Below, piece after piece: positions 47,373 through 56,428 of a DNA stretch of 64,000 nucleotides; position 1 is the stretch's first letter, and each line of letters begins with the position of its first letter. The stretch is taken from assembly GCA_902796805.1 (NCBI GenBank), contig CADBQG010000040.1, forward strand, positions 50 to 64,049. Reading direction: 5' to 3'. The notes under the pieces were generated by a model. It made no database searches and was not told the origin of the DNA. It worked only from the letters and a program-made list of their open reading frames with translations. The position numbers and the translations under genes were made by a program. Source of the DNA: an uncultured Bacteroidota bacterium (GTDB lineage: Bacteria > Bacteroidota > Bacteroidia > Bacteroidales > WCHB1-69).

Positions 47373-47380
47373 CAAAGATA
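47373..47380 (-). promoter_or_regulatory. -7 box TATCTTTG for the RhuM/Doc cassette
   Basis: The plus strand reads caaagata, 30 nt upstream of the ATG at 47343. Confidence 0.5.
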
Positions 47381-47494
47381 GTGTTTTTACACTTATTGGC
47401 TTCATCATATTTTTACTTTATTTCAGAAAAATGCCGTGAACGGAAAAAATCCTAAACAGTTCAATTTAGCGATATGTTTTACATCCACAACTCA

Positions 47495-47627
47495 CTACCT
47501 GTTCTTCACACACCTGACTGAACGCCCGGTGCGCTTGTGACTGTCGTAGTTGATACCGAAAACGGGCATGTCATGATCCACATAGCGGTAGGGAGCCTGG
47601 AAGGAGCTGAACTCCGAGGAGGTCCAG
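47495..47627 (-). repeat. Direct repeat copy C (133 nt; functional 3' end of the FISUMP-type gene)
   Basis: See copies A and B. Confidence 0.9.
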
Positions 47628-48049
47628 AAATAAGCGCTTTGGTGGAAATAGTTTTCGGGACCGCCGATGACGTCGCCGGCGCCGAGCGCAGAGAACCCCG
47701 TGGCGTTGTTGGAGGCCTGATCGTGGCCGGGCGAGTGCTGAAGATGCGGGTTGTCGCTATAAAAGTAATCCCAGTTGGAAGTGTCGGCCAACGCTTTGCC
47801 GATATGCGATTTCTCGCGGAAGCCCACGCAGCGAGCCAAAAGCGAGAGGGTTGCCGCATTTGTGAAACTGTAGCCCTTAACATAGCCCCAGATGCGCTTG
47901 AGAGTGGAGTCGCTCAACGTGTCTTGGCAGCGCACAGCAATAGTCTCTCTCAGGAACGCGAAATCGGCGGGTGTGATGATACTTCGTCTTATGGATTGCT
48001 CTATCATTTGGCGCAAAACGGCAATTTCCCTGTCGTAAGGTTCTCTCAT
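47495..48049 (-). CDS. FISUMP-type (Fibrobacter succinogenes major paralogous domain-like) protein with a distinct N-terminal domain and no signal peptide
   Basis: 184 aa from MREPYDREIAV. The C-terminal half (GFSALGAGDV...AYFWTSSE...GRSVRCVKN) fits the FISUMP end pattern. The N-terminal ~90 aa carries DSTLKRIWGY. The start is uncertain (track start 48148). Confidence 0.6.
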   Translation of the reverse strand: MREPYDREIAVLRQMIEQSIRRSIITPADFAFLRETIAVRCQDTLSDSTLKRIWGYVKGYSFTNAATLSLLARCVGFREKSHIGKALADTSNWDYFYSDNPHLQHSPGHDQASNNATGFSALGAGDVIGGPENYFHQSAYFWTSSEFSSFQAPYRYVDHDMPVFGINYDSHKRTGRSVRCVKNR

Positions 48050-48170
48050 CTTTCTCTTGAAAATTGAATGCAGAGATAGAAAAAATAGCCTAAACCATAG
48101 CCGAAAATTAAACATCCCGGTCAATGCAGTCTTCTTCACACTTTGCATAAATGCTCAATGTCAGCCGTTG

Positions 48171-51100
48171 TCAGAAATCCGTCCCTATAGAGAACATGAA
48201 CATCCCTTTCTTGTTGCTTATTTTGAAGTCTTCAATGCCCCACGCGTAATCGAAGCGGAGAAAATAGCCGAACAGGGATATTCGCGCACCTACGCCCAGT
48301 CCGCCGACAATTGGTTCCACATGGCGTTTGACTTCAGCATGGATAGGACCGTTGTCGATATATCTTGTGTAAAGGCAGTTCTCCTCGCTGTACGGGGTAA
48401 GCCCTGTCCAAGCCGTCCCCACATCGCCGAAAATATTGAGTTGGATGGAGTTGAGGATATTGCTCGAGAACTTGCGGCCTGCTATGAGCTGCACCACAGG
48501 AATGCGCAGTTCTGTGTTCAGGACCATAAACGAAGTGCCGTTGCGTATGTTCTGCTTGAAACCGCGCATGTTTGTTGCCAAAGTCTGGTAGGTGTAGTTC
48601 TTCGACTGGTCTACTGAAATGCCCCTGTCGAACTTTGGCCCTATCCAGTTGTCGACGCCGCCCATGTAGTACACAAGGCGCGCGCTGCCCACATTGGTGC
48701 TGCCTGCGAGCCGCATTGCCAAGGTCATGTTCCTGTAGAGCTTGAACGACCGCCTCGCGTCGAAACCTATGACGAGGAGATTCAGCGTGTTGCGTTCAAG
48801 CCTTTGTTCGTACTCGGCGAAGACCTTGAGCTTTGTGCCGCGCCACAAGTTTGTGTATAACTCCTTGGAGGTGTCGAATATGTATTCCAGTTTGACACCG
48901 GCCCAGAGGTGACGCTCGTCAGGCGTCTTCAAGGTCTGGTCGTTGAGCGAGGTCATGACGTTAGTCTCGAACCGTCCCTTCAACGTCAGCCGCAGGCTGC
49001 TGTTCTTGTTGAAAGGGTATTTCAACATGTAGAACAGGCTGTTGGAATTCTGCTTGACAACATAGTTGCCCACGTCTGAGCTTACCGACTGCCTGTAAAT
49101 CGTCACCTGCCGGTCTAAACGCCTGGCCAAGTTCTCATAACTCAGCATGAACTCGTAATTGTTCAGGTTCCAGCCTATCCTGAAGCCTCCTGTCACCCTG
49201 TAGTCTTCAAAAAGATCGTTGATGCCCAGCATAAACAGGGCGTTGAAACCGGTGTTGAGATATATCGGCGACATACCGCCCTCAAACTGCTGGTAGGAGG
49301 TGTTCAGGAAACTGAAGTCGGCCTGCGTTATGACTTGGTCTATGGAATACTGCACCCTGTATGGCATACCCACAGGTATTATGAACTCGTTTTTCACGGC
49401 ATTTTCGGCTTCTGAAGAATCACTTTCAGCGACGTTGTCCTCCGCAAGGAAGAACCCGTGTTCCTCATTTTCCTTTGGTTCTGAAGAAAAACGCCCGTCT
49501 GCGGCACTCTCTTTTTCAGCCTTGATGGACTTGTGGAACTTAGATGGTTCAATGCCAGGGCGATGGAGAAGGTTCAACTCGTTTAGCCTGATATTCTTGA
49601 GGCCTTTTGAAAGCGTGATGTCGGAGATGGTGTTTGTGGCTTGGTTGTAGGAATGTTCCACGATGTTGTAAGCCTGGTCGGTGAGAGGCTCTGTTGTAGC
49701 GTGGTGAATGTAATGCACTGCGGTGTCAACCCTGCCCACAGAACTGTCGATTTTCGCCTCATAGCGGTTCACCACGCCGCTTTCGTCACTCAGGTACAGA
49801 AGAGTCTGGCCGTTGTACTTCTGCACTCCGAATTCGTCGGCGAGCGGTGTGCCTGTGATTCTCAGCAAGGAATTGTCGTTCTTTATCATGTCATACATGA
49901 AAAGGTCGTATTGCCTGTTTCCTGAGGCCTCCATAAAATTGTCTTTCAGGCGGATTGAGTCAACAACTCTGTTTGAGGCAAACACTATCTTGTCGGAGCT
50001 GAGGTATTCCGGGTTGTAGTCGTCGTAGAAGTCGCTGGTGATGTTCTGGAATGAGCGCGCCGCGATGCTGTAGATGAAGATGTCGGACTGTCCGTTTTTG
50101 AATCCGGAGAAGAGTATGTTCCTGCCGTCGGGGGAATAGCACCAGGAGGTGATTTTTTCAACGTCGACAAGCAGTCTTTTGCCCCACTTTCTCTTTTCCA
50201 CGTCGTATGGGATGTAGTAGCAATGGCCTTTTATCTCGGAGGTCATTCCCAAAATTCCGCCGGCGGGATGCCAGCTGATGAGCGGAAACGAAACGTCGGG
50301 GTTGTCCTCGGTCTTGGCGAATCTCGTGAGTATGGCTCTCGGCGTTTTCCTGCCGCTCTCCTTCAGCCAGACCTTCACCTGGCCGGCCTCGTTGGTCACG
50401 AAGGCGTAGTCTGTGCCTTTAGGAGAGAACCGGAACCCGTAATAGTCGCGACTCGCCTTCGGCCTGGCCACAACACTCTCGCCGGAAGGCATGAGCCTGC
50501 TAAGGTCGGGATAGAACATGACAGTGTAATATTTGTACCACTGCTCGAGTAGGGCCCGTGCCGTGACGTTGGTGGCACGGAAGAGGCCTGTCTCTATCCT
50601 CTTGCCGGAACGGGTATGGTAAAGGACTTTCTGAATCACATCCTTTCCATATATATCCACCAGGTATTTCCAGAACGAGTGCCCCGCGTATGTCGCGTCA
50701 ACAACGGGCAGTTCCTCAATCCGGTAGTATTTTCCCGTAAGTATACCGTTCTTCACGCGCTCCTCGACTTCGTGGCTCCACGGCTCGCCGAAGTACGACG
50801 ACAGGCCGTTGTAGAACCAGGCTGGCACGTTCATCACGTAGTCGGAGGAGATGTTTGAGCCTATGGTCTGGCCCTGCACCATCCAGTGGGCGTACACGTT
50901 CATTATGCCAGCACGTATCATCTTGTCGAAATGCGCCCTGTTTCCGTCAAAATAAACGTATATCTTTGTCCCGTAGATGTTCGTAACGCCGCCTTGGTTG
51001 TAGAAATCCTCGTAATCGTATGCAAAGTTCGATTCCCTGAAGTCAGATTGAGTGTTGTAGACAATAATCTGCAACTTCTTCTTAGAGGTGAAATTGAAGA

Positions 51101-51368
51101 GAAGCTCGATTTCGTCGATTATTTGAGGAGTCTTGTAGAAGACATACTGTGCGAGCTCGCGCCCCGTGGGGTAGTAGTACACGTCGTACTGCCCAGCGCG
51201 CAGGAACTGCCAGTTGAAGTTCTGGTGCTGCACACGGTTCTTGCCAAAGCTCAGCTGGGAGCCGTTGTAGAACTGGGCGTTGCCGACACTCGCCAACAGC
51301 AACATGAACGCTACTGTCAGAGCGTGTCTCAAGGAAGAGGTGTTGTATGGGCGTTGTCGCTTGTTCAT
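48171..51368 (-). CDS. Large outer-membrane protein: N-terminal unknown domain, TolB/PD40-like beta-propeller region and Omp85/BamA-type (surface-antigen) C-terminal barrel
   Basis: Start at MNKRQRPYN, which avoids overlap with the upstream gene; signal ends LLLASVGNAQ. Mid-region has repeated PD40-like blocks (FSPKGTDYAFV, YSPDGRNILFSG, SDKIVFASNR). C-terminal barrel ends GVGARISLFGYFLRFDYAWGI...FMFSIGTDF. Confidence 0.65.
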   Translation of the reverse strand: MNKRQRPYNTSSLRHALTVAFMLLLASVGNAQFYNGSQLSFGKNRVQHQNFNWQFLRAGQYDVYYYPTGRELAQYVFYKTPQIIDEIELLFNFTSKKKLQIIVYNTQSDFRESNFAYDYEDFYNQGGVTNIYGTKIYVYFDGNRAHFDKMIRAGIMNVYAHWMVQGQTIGSNISSDYVMNVPAWFYNGLSSYFGEPWSHEVEERVKNGILTGKYYRIEELPVVDATYAGHSFWKYLVDIYGKDVIQKVLYHTRSGKRIETGLFRATNVTARALLEQWYKYYTVMFYPDLSRLMPSGESVVARPKASRDYYGFRFSPKGTDYAFVTNEAGQVKVWLKESGRKTPRAILTRFAKTEDNPDVSFPLISWHPAGGILGMTSEIKGHCYYIPYDVEKRKWGKRLLVDVEKITSWCYSPDGRNILFSGFKNGQSDIFIYSIAARSFQNITSDFYDDYNPEYLSSDKIVFASNRVVDSIRLKDNFMEASGNRQYDLFMYDMIKNDNSLLRITGTPLADEFGVQKYNGQTLLYLSDESGVVNRYEAKIDSSVGRVDTAVHYIHHATTEPLTDQAYNIVEHSYNQATNTISDITLSKGLKNIRLNELNLLHRPGIEPSKFHKSIKAEKESAADGRFSSEPKENEEHGFFLAEDNVAESDSSEAENAVKNEFIIPVGMPYRVQYSIDQVITQADFSFLNTSYQQFEGGMSPIYLNTGFNALFMLGINDLFEDYRVTGGFRIGWNLNNYEFMLSYENLARRLDRQVTIYRQSVSSDVGNYVVKQNSNSLFYMLKYPFNKNSSLRLTLKGRFETNVMTSLNDQTLKTPDERHLWAGVKLEYIFDTSKELYTNLWRGTKLKVFAEYEQRLERNTLNLLVIGFDARRSFKLYRNMTLAMRLAGSTNVGSARLVYYMGGVDNWIGPKFDRGISVDQSKNYTYQTLATNMRGFKQNIRNGTSFMVLNTELRIPVVQLIAGRKFSSNILNSIQLNIFGDVGTAWTGLTPYSEENCLYTRYIDNGPIHAEVKRHVEPIVGGLGVGARISLFGYFLRFDYAWGIEDFKISNKKGMFMFSIGTDF

Positions 51369-51378
51369 CAAAAACGGC

Positions 51379-52737
51379 CTATTTTTCAGACGAGACAATG
51401 AAGGGCTTGAGAATGTCCTCAATTAGCAAGCGCTTTTCTGCAAGCATCACCTCATCACTGGCCTCCATGAGCAGCCGGAGGTAAGGCTCGGTGTTTGACG
51501 GCCTGATGTTGTACCACCAGTCTTTGAACTCCACACGGTAGCCGTCGAAATCGAGGATTCTGACAGGTGTCTCGGCGGAGACGGTCTTCTCTTTTACAGC
51601 CTCCATGGCCGCCGCCTTGTCGCGTATAGTGAAGTTTATCTCACCGGAATTGGCATAACGCCTTATTTTTGCCATAAGTTGCGAGACTGAAATGCCTTTT
51701 TTCTTCATCTCGGAGAAGATGTGGATCACGATTTGTGCCGCCATCATTGCAGAGTCGGAATAGAAGAAATCACGGAAATAATAATGGCCTGCATATTCAC
51801 CGCCGAAGGCTCCGTCTATCTCCCTGAGTTTCAAGGCCGCATATGCCCTGCCTACACGCCAGATGAAAACCTCGCGATTCATCTTGCCGAGATACTCTTC
51901 CACCGACTTCGAAGTCCTGATATCCTGCAAGACCAGTCCGGGTACGTTCTTCTCTTCTGCAAAGTAATGCCCGAGAACCGCAATGATCAAGTCTGGAGAG
52001 ATGAAGGAGCCTTTCTCATCCACAAACATGACCCTGTCGGCGTCGCCGTCGAAGATTACGCCAAGGTCGGCGTTTTTGTTGACAACTTCACGCTGAAGGT
52101 CTTCCACATTCTTGTAGTCCAGCGGATTGGCCTCGTGGTTGGGAAAATTCCCGTCGAGATCGTCATACAGGTATATTGGATTCTTTCCGAATATCTCTTT
52201 CACTAAAATGGAAGCCATACCGTTGGAGCAATCCATCACAAGTTTCAGATTGTCGGTATTGAAGTGGTACCTTTTCTGGAATTCCAGATATTCTTGCCTT
52301 ACCGGATAGTCCACAATCCTGCCTTTCACGCTCTTTGGAGAGATTTCTTCGTTCTGTATTCTCCTCTCCAACTCGGCCAGTCCCGTGTCGTAACCAACCG
52401 GCAGCGCGTCTGTCTTTGAGACTTTCAGGCCATTGTATTCTTTCGGGTTATGGGAGGCTGTGATCATCACCGACGCGTCGAAACCGTGCTTTGCGGTGAA
52501 ATAATAGACCATCGGAGTGGTTGTGAGCCCCATGTCGTAAACGTCGCAGCCGGCGTCGGTGATGCCGCGCGAAAGGGCGTCAAACATGTCCTCGGAGGTC
52601 AGCCGCATGTCGCGTCCCACCAGCACCTTGTCGGCTTTTAACAGAGAAGGCAGAAAGAACCCGAACTTGTATATCGTCTCCAAACTGAAGTCTTTTCCGA
52701 ACACACCGCGAAAATCGTAAGCCTTGAATGCACCCAT
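51379..52737 (-). CDS. Phosphomannomutase/phosphoglucomutase (alpha-D-phosphohexomutase)
   Basis: Start at MGAFKAYDFRG. Phosphoserine loop ITASHNPKEYNGLK and metal loop GVIFDGDADRV. Confidence 0.88.
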   Translation of the reverse strand: MGAFKAYDFRGVFGKDFSLETIYKFGFFLPSLLKADKVLVGRDMRLTSEDMFDALSRGITDAGCDVYDMGLTTTPMVYYFTAKHGFDASVMITASHNPKEYNGLKVSKTDALPVGYDTGLAELERRIQNEEISPKSVKGRIVDYPVRQEYLEFQKRYHFNTDNLKLVMDCSNGMASILVKEIFGKNPIYLYDDLDGNFPNHEANPLDYKNVEDLQREVVNKNADLGVIFDGDADRVMFVDEKGSFISPDLIIAVLGHYFAEEKNVPGLVLQDIRTSKSVEEYLGKMNREVFIWRVGRAYAALKLREIDGAFGGEYAGHYYFRDFFYSDSAMMAAQIVIHIFSEMKKKGISVSQLMAKIRRYANSGEINFTIRDKAAAMEAVKEKTVSAETPVRILDFDGYRVEFKDWWYNIRPSNTEPYLRLLMEASDEVMLAEKRLLIEDILKPFIVSSEK

Positions 52738-52762
52738 AGTCTGTGATTTGTCAAATTGTGTG

Positions 52763-52770
52763 CAAAGATA
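52763..52770 (-). promoter_or_regulatory. -7 box TATCTTTG for the phosphohexomutase gene
   Basis: The plus strand reads caaagata, 26 nt upstream of the ATG at 52737 and inside the longer track ORF. Confidence 0.5.
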
Positions 52771-52902
52771 CATTTTTTATTTCAGGGCAGACATTCATTT
52801 CCGGGTTGCTTGCGAGTAGTTTCAATGAAGAGTTGCCAATGCGAGAGTTTTTTTTATATTTTTGCGGCTGGCAACATAACGCTTGCCGTTTGTTAGACGA
52901 TC

Positions 52903-53361
52903 ATGGGTAAGAGAAAGCAAGACACACAGATAGGGATAAAGAACAGGAAGGCCGAGTTCCTGTATTATCTGCACACGTCATACACAGCAGGAATAGTGCT
53001 GACCGGCACGGAGATCAAGTCGATACGCGCCGGCCGCGCCAACATAACCGACGCCTATTGTTCCTTTGTGAACAACGAGCTGTGGGTGCACAACATGCAC
53101 GTGAGCGAATATGCGCAGGGCAGCTACAACAACCACGCGCCCAAGCGCGACCGCAAACTGCTACTCCACAGGAAGGAGATGCGCAAGCTTATGACAAAGC
53201 TCAACGAGCGAGGCTTCACCATAATACCCACGCTTCTCTGGATAAACGAAGGCGGTTACGCGAAACTCGACATCTCGCTTGCAAAGGGAAAGAAGATGTA
53301 CGACAAGCGCGAGTCGATCAAGGAACGCGACCAGCGTAGAACCGGCAATTTCGACGAATGA
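52903..53361 (+). CDS. smpB: SsrA-binding protein
   Basis: 152 aa. [11 protein letters not shown]...GTEIKSIR...[11 protein letters not shown]...[13 protein letters not shown] pattern. Confidence 0.92.
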   Translation: MGKRKQDTQIGIKNRKAEFLYYLHTSYTAGIVLTGTEIKSIRAGRANITDAYCSFVNNELWVHNMHVSEYAQGSYNNHAPKRDRKLLLHRKEMRKLMTKLNERGFTIIPTLLWINEGGYAKLDISLAKGKKMYDKRESIKERDQRRTGNFDE

Positions 53362-53376
53362 CAAAACCATGAAGCA

Positions 53377-53712
53377 GTGGAATCTGACGGAATAAAAGAT
53401 GAAAAACTGTGGTTCGGCATAGGCGAGGTGTCGTCGATGCTGGGAATACCTGCTTCCACCCTGCGCTTCTGGGAGAAGGAGTTCGGCAGCATAAAGCCGC
53501 GCAAAAACCGCAAAGGCGACAGGTTCTATTCAAAAAACGACATAACCTTATTGAAAACAATCCAATACCTGACAAAGACAAAGGGGTTTACAATACAGGG
53601 CGCCAGAAACGCAATGAAGAGCGACATGATGAAAGAGATAGAGATTGCCACAGTTGTTGGCACTCTGCAAAGCATCAAGGAGAAACTTCTAAAAATAAAA
53701 GATTTGCTGTAG
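53377..53712 (+). CDS. MerR-family transcriptional regulator
   Basis: 111 aa (GTG start in the track). HTH FGIGEVSSMLGIPASTLRFWEKEFG...RKGDRFYSKNDI. Confidence 0.8.
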   Translation: MESDGIKDEKLWFGIGEVSSMLGIPASTLRFWEKEFGSIKPRKNRKGDRFYSKNDITLLKTIQYLTKTKGFTIQGARNAMKSDMMKEIEIATVVGTLQSIKEKLLKIKDLL

Positions 53713-53890
53713 CTTGAAAGCTGAACGCCGCCGGCATTTTTTCTTGGGATTGGCTTTGTTCGCAGACTTGATGGCCAGTGCTGTATGAAAAAAATGGCTT
53801 TTGCAGCTGTAACGAAAAGTTTTCCCGACAGCGATAAATTTTATATTTTTGTGGTCATAAATCGACACTTGTTGTAATAAAAGACCGGAT

Positions 53891-55360
53891 ATGGGAAGAA
53901 AAGCTTGTATGTTAGTGGCGACGTTTGTTGTGTTCAACGCGCTCTCGGCGCAGCGGAATGTCAGTGCGCCGGAGCCTTTCGGGCCGGTGCCCACGGCGGC
54001 GCAGGTTGCGTGGCAGCGCATGGAGATGAACATGTTCTGCCATTTCGGCCCCAACACGTTCACCGGCCTTGAGTGGGGCGACGGCACCGAGCCGGAAGAT
54101 GTATTCAATCCGTCATCACTCGACTGCGGCCAATGGGTCGCTGTGGCTAAAGGAGCGGGTTTCGGGGGGATAATAATAACGGCGAAGCATCACGACGGCT
54201 TTTGTCTCTGGCCCAATCCTGAGAGCGACCACACGGTCCGGCAGAGTGCCTGGCGCGGCGGAAACGGCGACGTGCTTGCCGAACTGTCGGAGGCCTGCCG
54301 CAAAGGCGGGGTAAAGTTCGGCATCTACATTTCACCTTGGGACCGAAATGCGCCGACTTACGGAACGCCGGCATACAACAAAGTGTTCCTCAAGACTTTG
54401 CGCCACGCACACACTAACTACGGACCTATCTTCGAGCAATGGTTCGACGGCGCAAACGGCGAGGGCCCCAATGGCAAACGCCAGGTATATGACTGGAAGA
54501 AATTCAACGCGCAGACCCGCAGGCTTCAACCCGACGCCGTCATTTTCAGTGATGTGGGCCCGGGATGCCGATGGGTTGGCAACGAGACGGGGATATGCGG
54601 CCGCACATGCTGGTCGCGGCTCGACATTTCAGGTTACGGCCCGGGCGCCGACGCCCCGGCACAGGACATCCTCAATGCAGGCAACTACAATGGCGAATGC
54701 TGGGTCCCCGCCGAGACCGACGTCTCTATCCGCCCCGGTTGGTTCTGGCGCGAGAGCGAACACCCGAAGAGCGTGAAGGAACTCATGGACATCTACTACA
54801 GCAGTGTGGGACGCAACTCCCTGCTCCTCCTCAATGTGCCTCCTGACGACAGGGGACTTATACCCGCAGAGGATTCACTCCGTCTCGTTGAATTCCGTTC
54901 TGCTTTGGACGGCGTTTTTAAAATGGATATTGCAAAGAAGGCTGATTTGATTGTTTCCTCGAATGTGCGCTCCTCCCACAAAAAGACAAGAGGTAAAGAC
55001 ACATCCTATTACGATCCGCACACGTTGGTTGACGACGACTACGACACTTACTGGGCCACTGACGACAGTGCGACTTCCGCGTGGGTGCTGTTCCGCTTCA
55101 ACGAACCGCAGACTATAAACCGAGTGATGCTGCAGGAATATATCCCGCTCGGGCAACGGGTTGAAAAATTCCATATTGAAATCCAGGATGCAGACGGCTC
55201 ATGGCACACCGTTGCCGAAGAGACCACCATCGGCTACAAACGCATCGTTCTCATGGAGACAGTGAAGGCTCGAAGCGTGCGTGTTCATATCGACAGAAGC
55301 CGCGCCTGCCCTGTGCTGAACCGCTTAGGACTGTTCCATGACGATGAAAGCTACAAATAG
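53891..55360 (+). CDS. GH29 alpha-L-fucosidase with C-terminal F5/8-type-C (discoidin-like) domain
   Basis: 489 aa. Signal peptide. GFGGIIITAKHHDGFCLWP, WFDGANGEG. C-terminal ~140-aa beta-sandwich (YWATDDSATSAWVLFRF...VRVHI). Confidence 0.85.
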   Translation: MGRKACMLVATFVVFNALSAQRNVSAPEPFGPVPTAAQVAWQRMEMNMFCHFGPNTFTGLEWGDGTEPEDVFNPSSLDCGQWVAVAKGAGFGGIIITAKHHDGFCLWPNPESDHTVRQSAWRGGNGDVLAELSEACRKGGVKFGIYISPWDRNAPTYGTPAYNKVFLKTLRHAHTNYGPIFEQWFDGANGEGPNGKRQVYDWKKFNAQTRRLQPDAVIFSDVGPGCRWVGNETGICGRTCWSRLDISGYGPGADAPAQDILNAGNYNGECWVPAETDVSIRPGWFWRESEHPKSVKELMDIYYSSVGRNSLLLLNVPPDDRGLIPAEDSLRLVEFRSALDGVFKMDIAKKADLIVSSNVRSSHKKTRGKDTSYYDPHTLVDDDYDTYWATDDSATSAWVLFRFNEPQTINRVMLQEYIPLGQRVEKFHIEIQDADGSWHTVAEETTIGYKRIVLMETVKARSVRVHIDRSRACPVLNRLGLFHDDESYK

Positions 55361-55467
55361 TGCGATTCCACTGTCGATCGTAGGATTAAATTCAGGAAAT
55401 GAAAAATCAAGGAATTAATCTCACTGACTTTAGTGTATGAGCGATGGCAAAGCGGAACGATGGACGT

Positions 55468-55962
55468 TCACAGAAGTTTCAGCGCGATTTTTGCGCAGGT
55501 CTCAGCGTCCGCGAGGGCGTGGTGGTGATTTGTCATAGGACACCCGCAGGCTTCTGCAACCGTATGCAACTGGTGGTTCGGCAGCAGCCCTAAACGGCGC
55601 CGTGCCGCACGGCATGTGCAGAAAAACGTGTAGTCGGGATAGTCCATCCCATAAACCTTGAACACCGCCTTGAGACATCCTTCATCGAACGGGCTGTTAT
55701 GGGCCACTAAAGGCAGTCCTTCTATCAGCGGCTCTATCTTGCGCCACACTTCCGGAAACGGGGGCGCACCGTCAGTGTCCTCGTGCGAAAGCCCGTGAAC
55801 CCGCTGGCAGAACCAAGCGTAGTAATCAGGTTCGGGTCTGATGAGGCTGTAGAAAGTGTCGGCAATCACCCCGTTGCGCACAATCGCCACGCCAACGCTG
55901 CACACGCTGCTGCGCTGCCCGTTGGCAGTCTCGAAGTCTATGGCTGCAAAGTCGGTCATCAA
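55468..55962 (-). CDS. Stand-alone DnaQ-like (DEDDh) 3'-5' exonuclease
   Basis: 164 aa. FAAIDFETANG (Exo I), VAHNSPFDEGCL (Exo II), HHALADAETCA (Exo III). Confidence 0.85.
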   Translation of the reverse strand: MMTDFAAIDFETANGQRSSVCSVGVAIVRNGVIADTFYSLIRPEPDYYAWFCQRVHGLSHEDTDGAPPFPEVWRKIEPLIEGLPLVAHNSPFDEGCLKAVFKVYGMDYPDYTFFCTCRAARRRLGLLPNHQLHTVAEACGCPMTNHHHALADAETCAKIALKLL

Positions 55963-55989
55963 GCTAATGACATATCCGCTGACACCTTT

Positions 55990-56304
55990 CTATTTCTCCC
56001 AACATTCTACAACAGAATGAATTACAAGTCCTTGAGAAGGGTGCGCCACTCCTACTTGGTCATAATAGTTCAAGGAAGAGCAATTTCCAGTGGCGGATAC
56101 TGTGTCGCGGAGATAAGCCTTAGTCTGAGGCATGGCAGGTTCTGACTTCAAATAAATCGGTTGTCCAGCCGCGTTCCAAAGGGCAGAATCCACCACCTCA
56201 TTGGCAATACTGTAACTGCAAGTGCAATCCACATAGTTGGTGCAACTTGTGATTGAAAACGCAAACGAAACTATAGCAAAAATTGATGCAATCAGCTTTC
56301 TCAT
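55990..56304 (-). CDS. Small lipoprotein, unknown function
   Basis: 104 aa. MRKLIASIFAIVSFAFSITSC signal/lipobox. Confidence 0.55.
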   Translation of the reverse strand: MRKLIASIFAIVSFAFSITSCTNYVDCTCSYSIANEVVDSALWNAAGQPIYLKSEPAMPQTKAYLRDTVSATGNCSSLNYYDQVGVAHPSQGLVIHSVVECWEK

Positions 56305-56396
56305 GTCGTATTTTTAAGGATCTTGTCGTTATTGAATGCTTTTGCCATCCGTGCGTGAACAAAGTTCAATATGCAACACGTAACCAAACGGCACGG

Positions 56397-56404
56397 CAAA
56401 GATA
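56397..56404 (-). promoter_or_regulatory. -7 box TATCTTTG upstream of the small lipoprotein gene
   Basis: The plus strand reads caaagata, 93 nt upstream of the ATG at 56304 and just downstream of the UvrA-like stop. Confidence 0.4.
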
Positions 56405-56428
56405 CACTTTTTTTATCATCGCAAGACA

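Larger units (their letters stand above)
44817..47494 (-). other. Putative accreted cassette array / integration hotspot between tRNA-Gln and a FISUMP-type gene
   Basis: Bounded and subdivided by three direct copies of the 3' end of the gene at 47495-48049. Each interval holds one gene with its own promoter. Confidence 0.45.

Noticed and set aside
44875-47627. Diversity-generating retroelement (template/variable repeat pair), suggested by ~130-nt repeats at a gene's 3' end plus an Avd-family four-helix-bundle gene at 40720.
   Set aside because: The 100-nt shared block differs at only one position, and the other mismatches are not confined to adenine positions of one copy. No reverse transcriptase is in the window. 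The four-helix-bundle gene is 4 kb away behind its own terminator.
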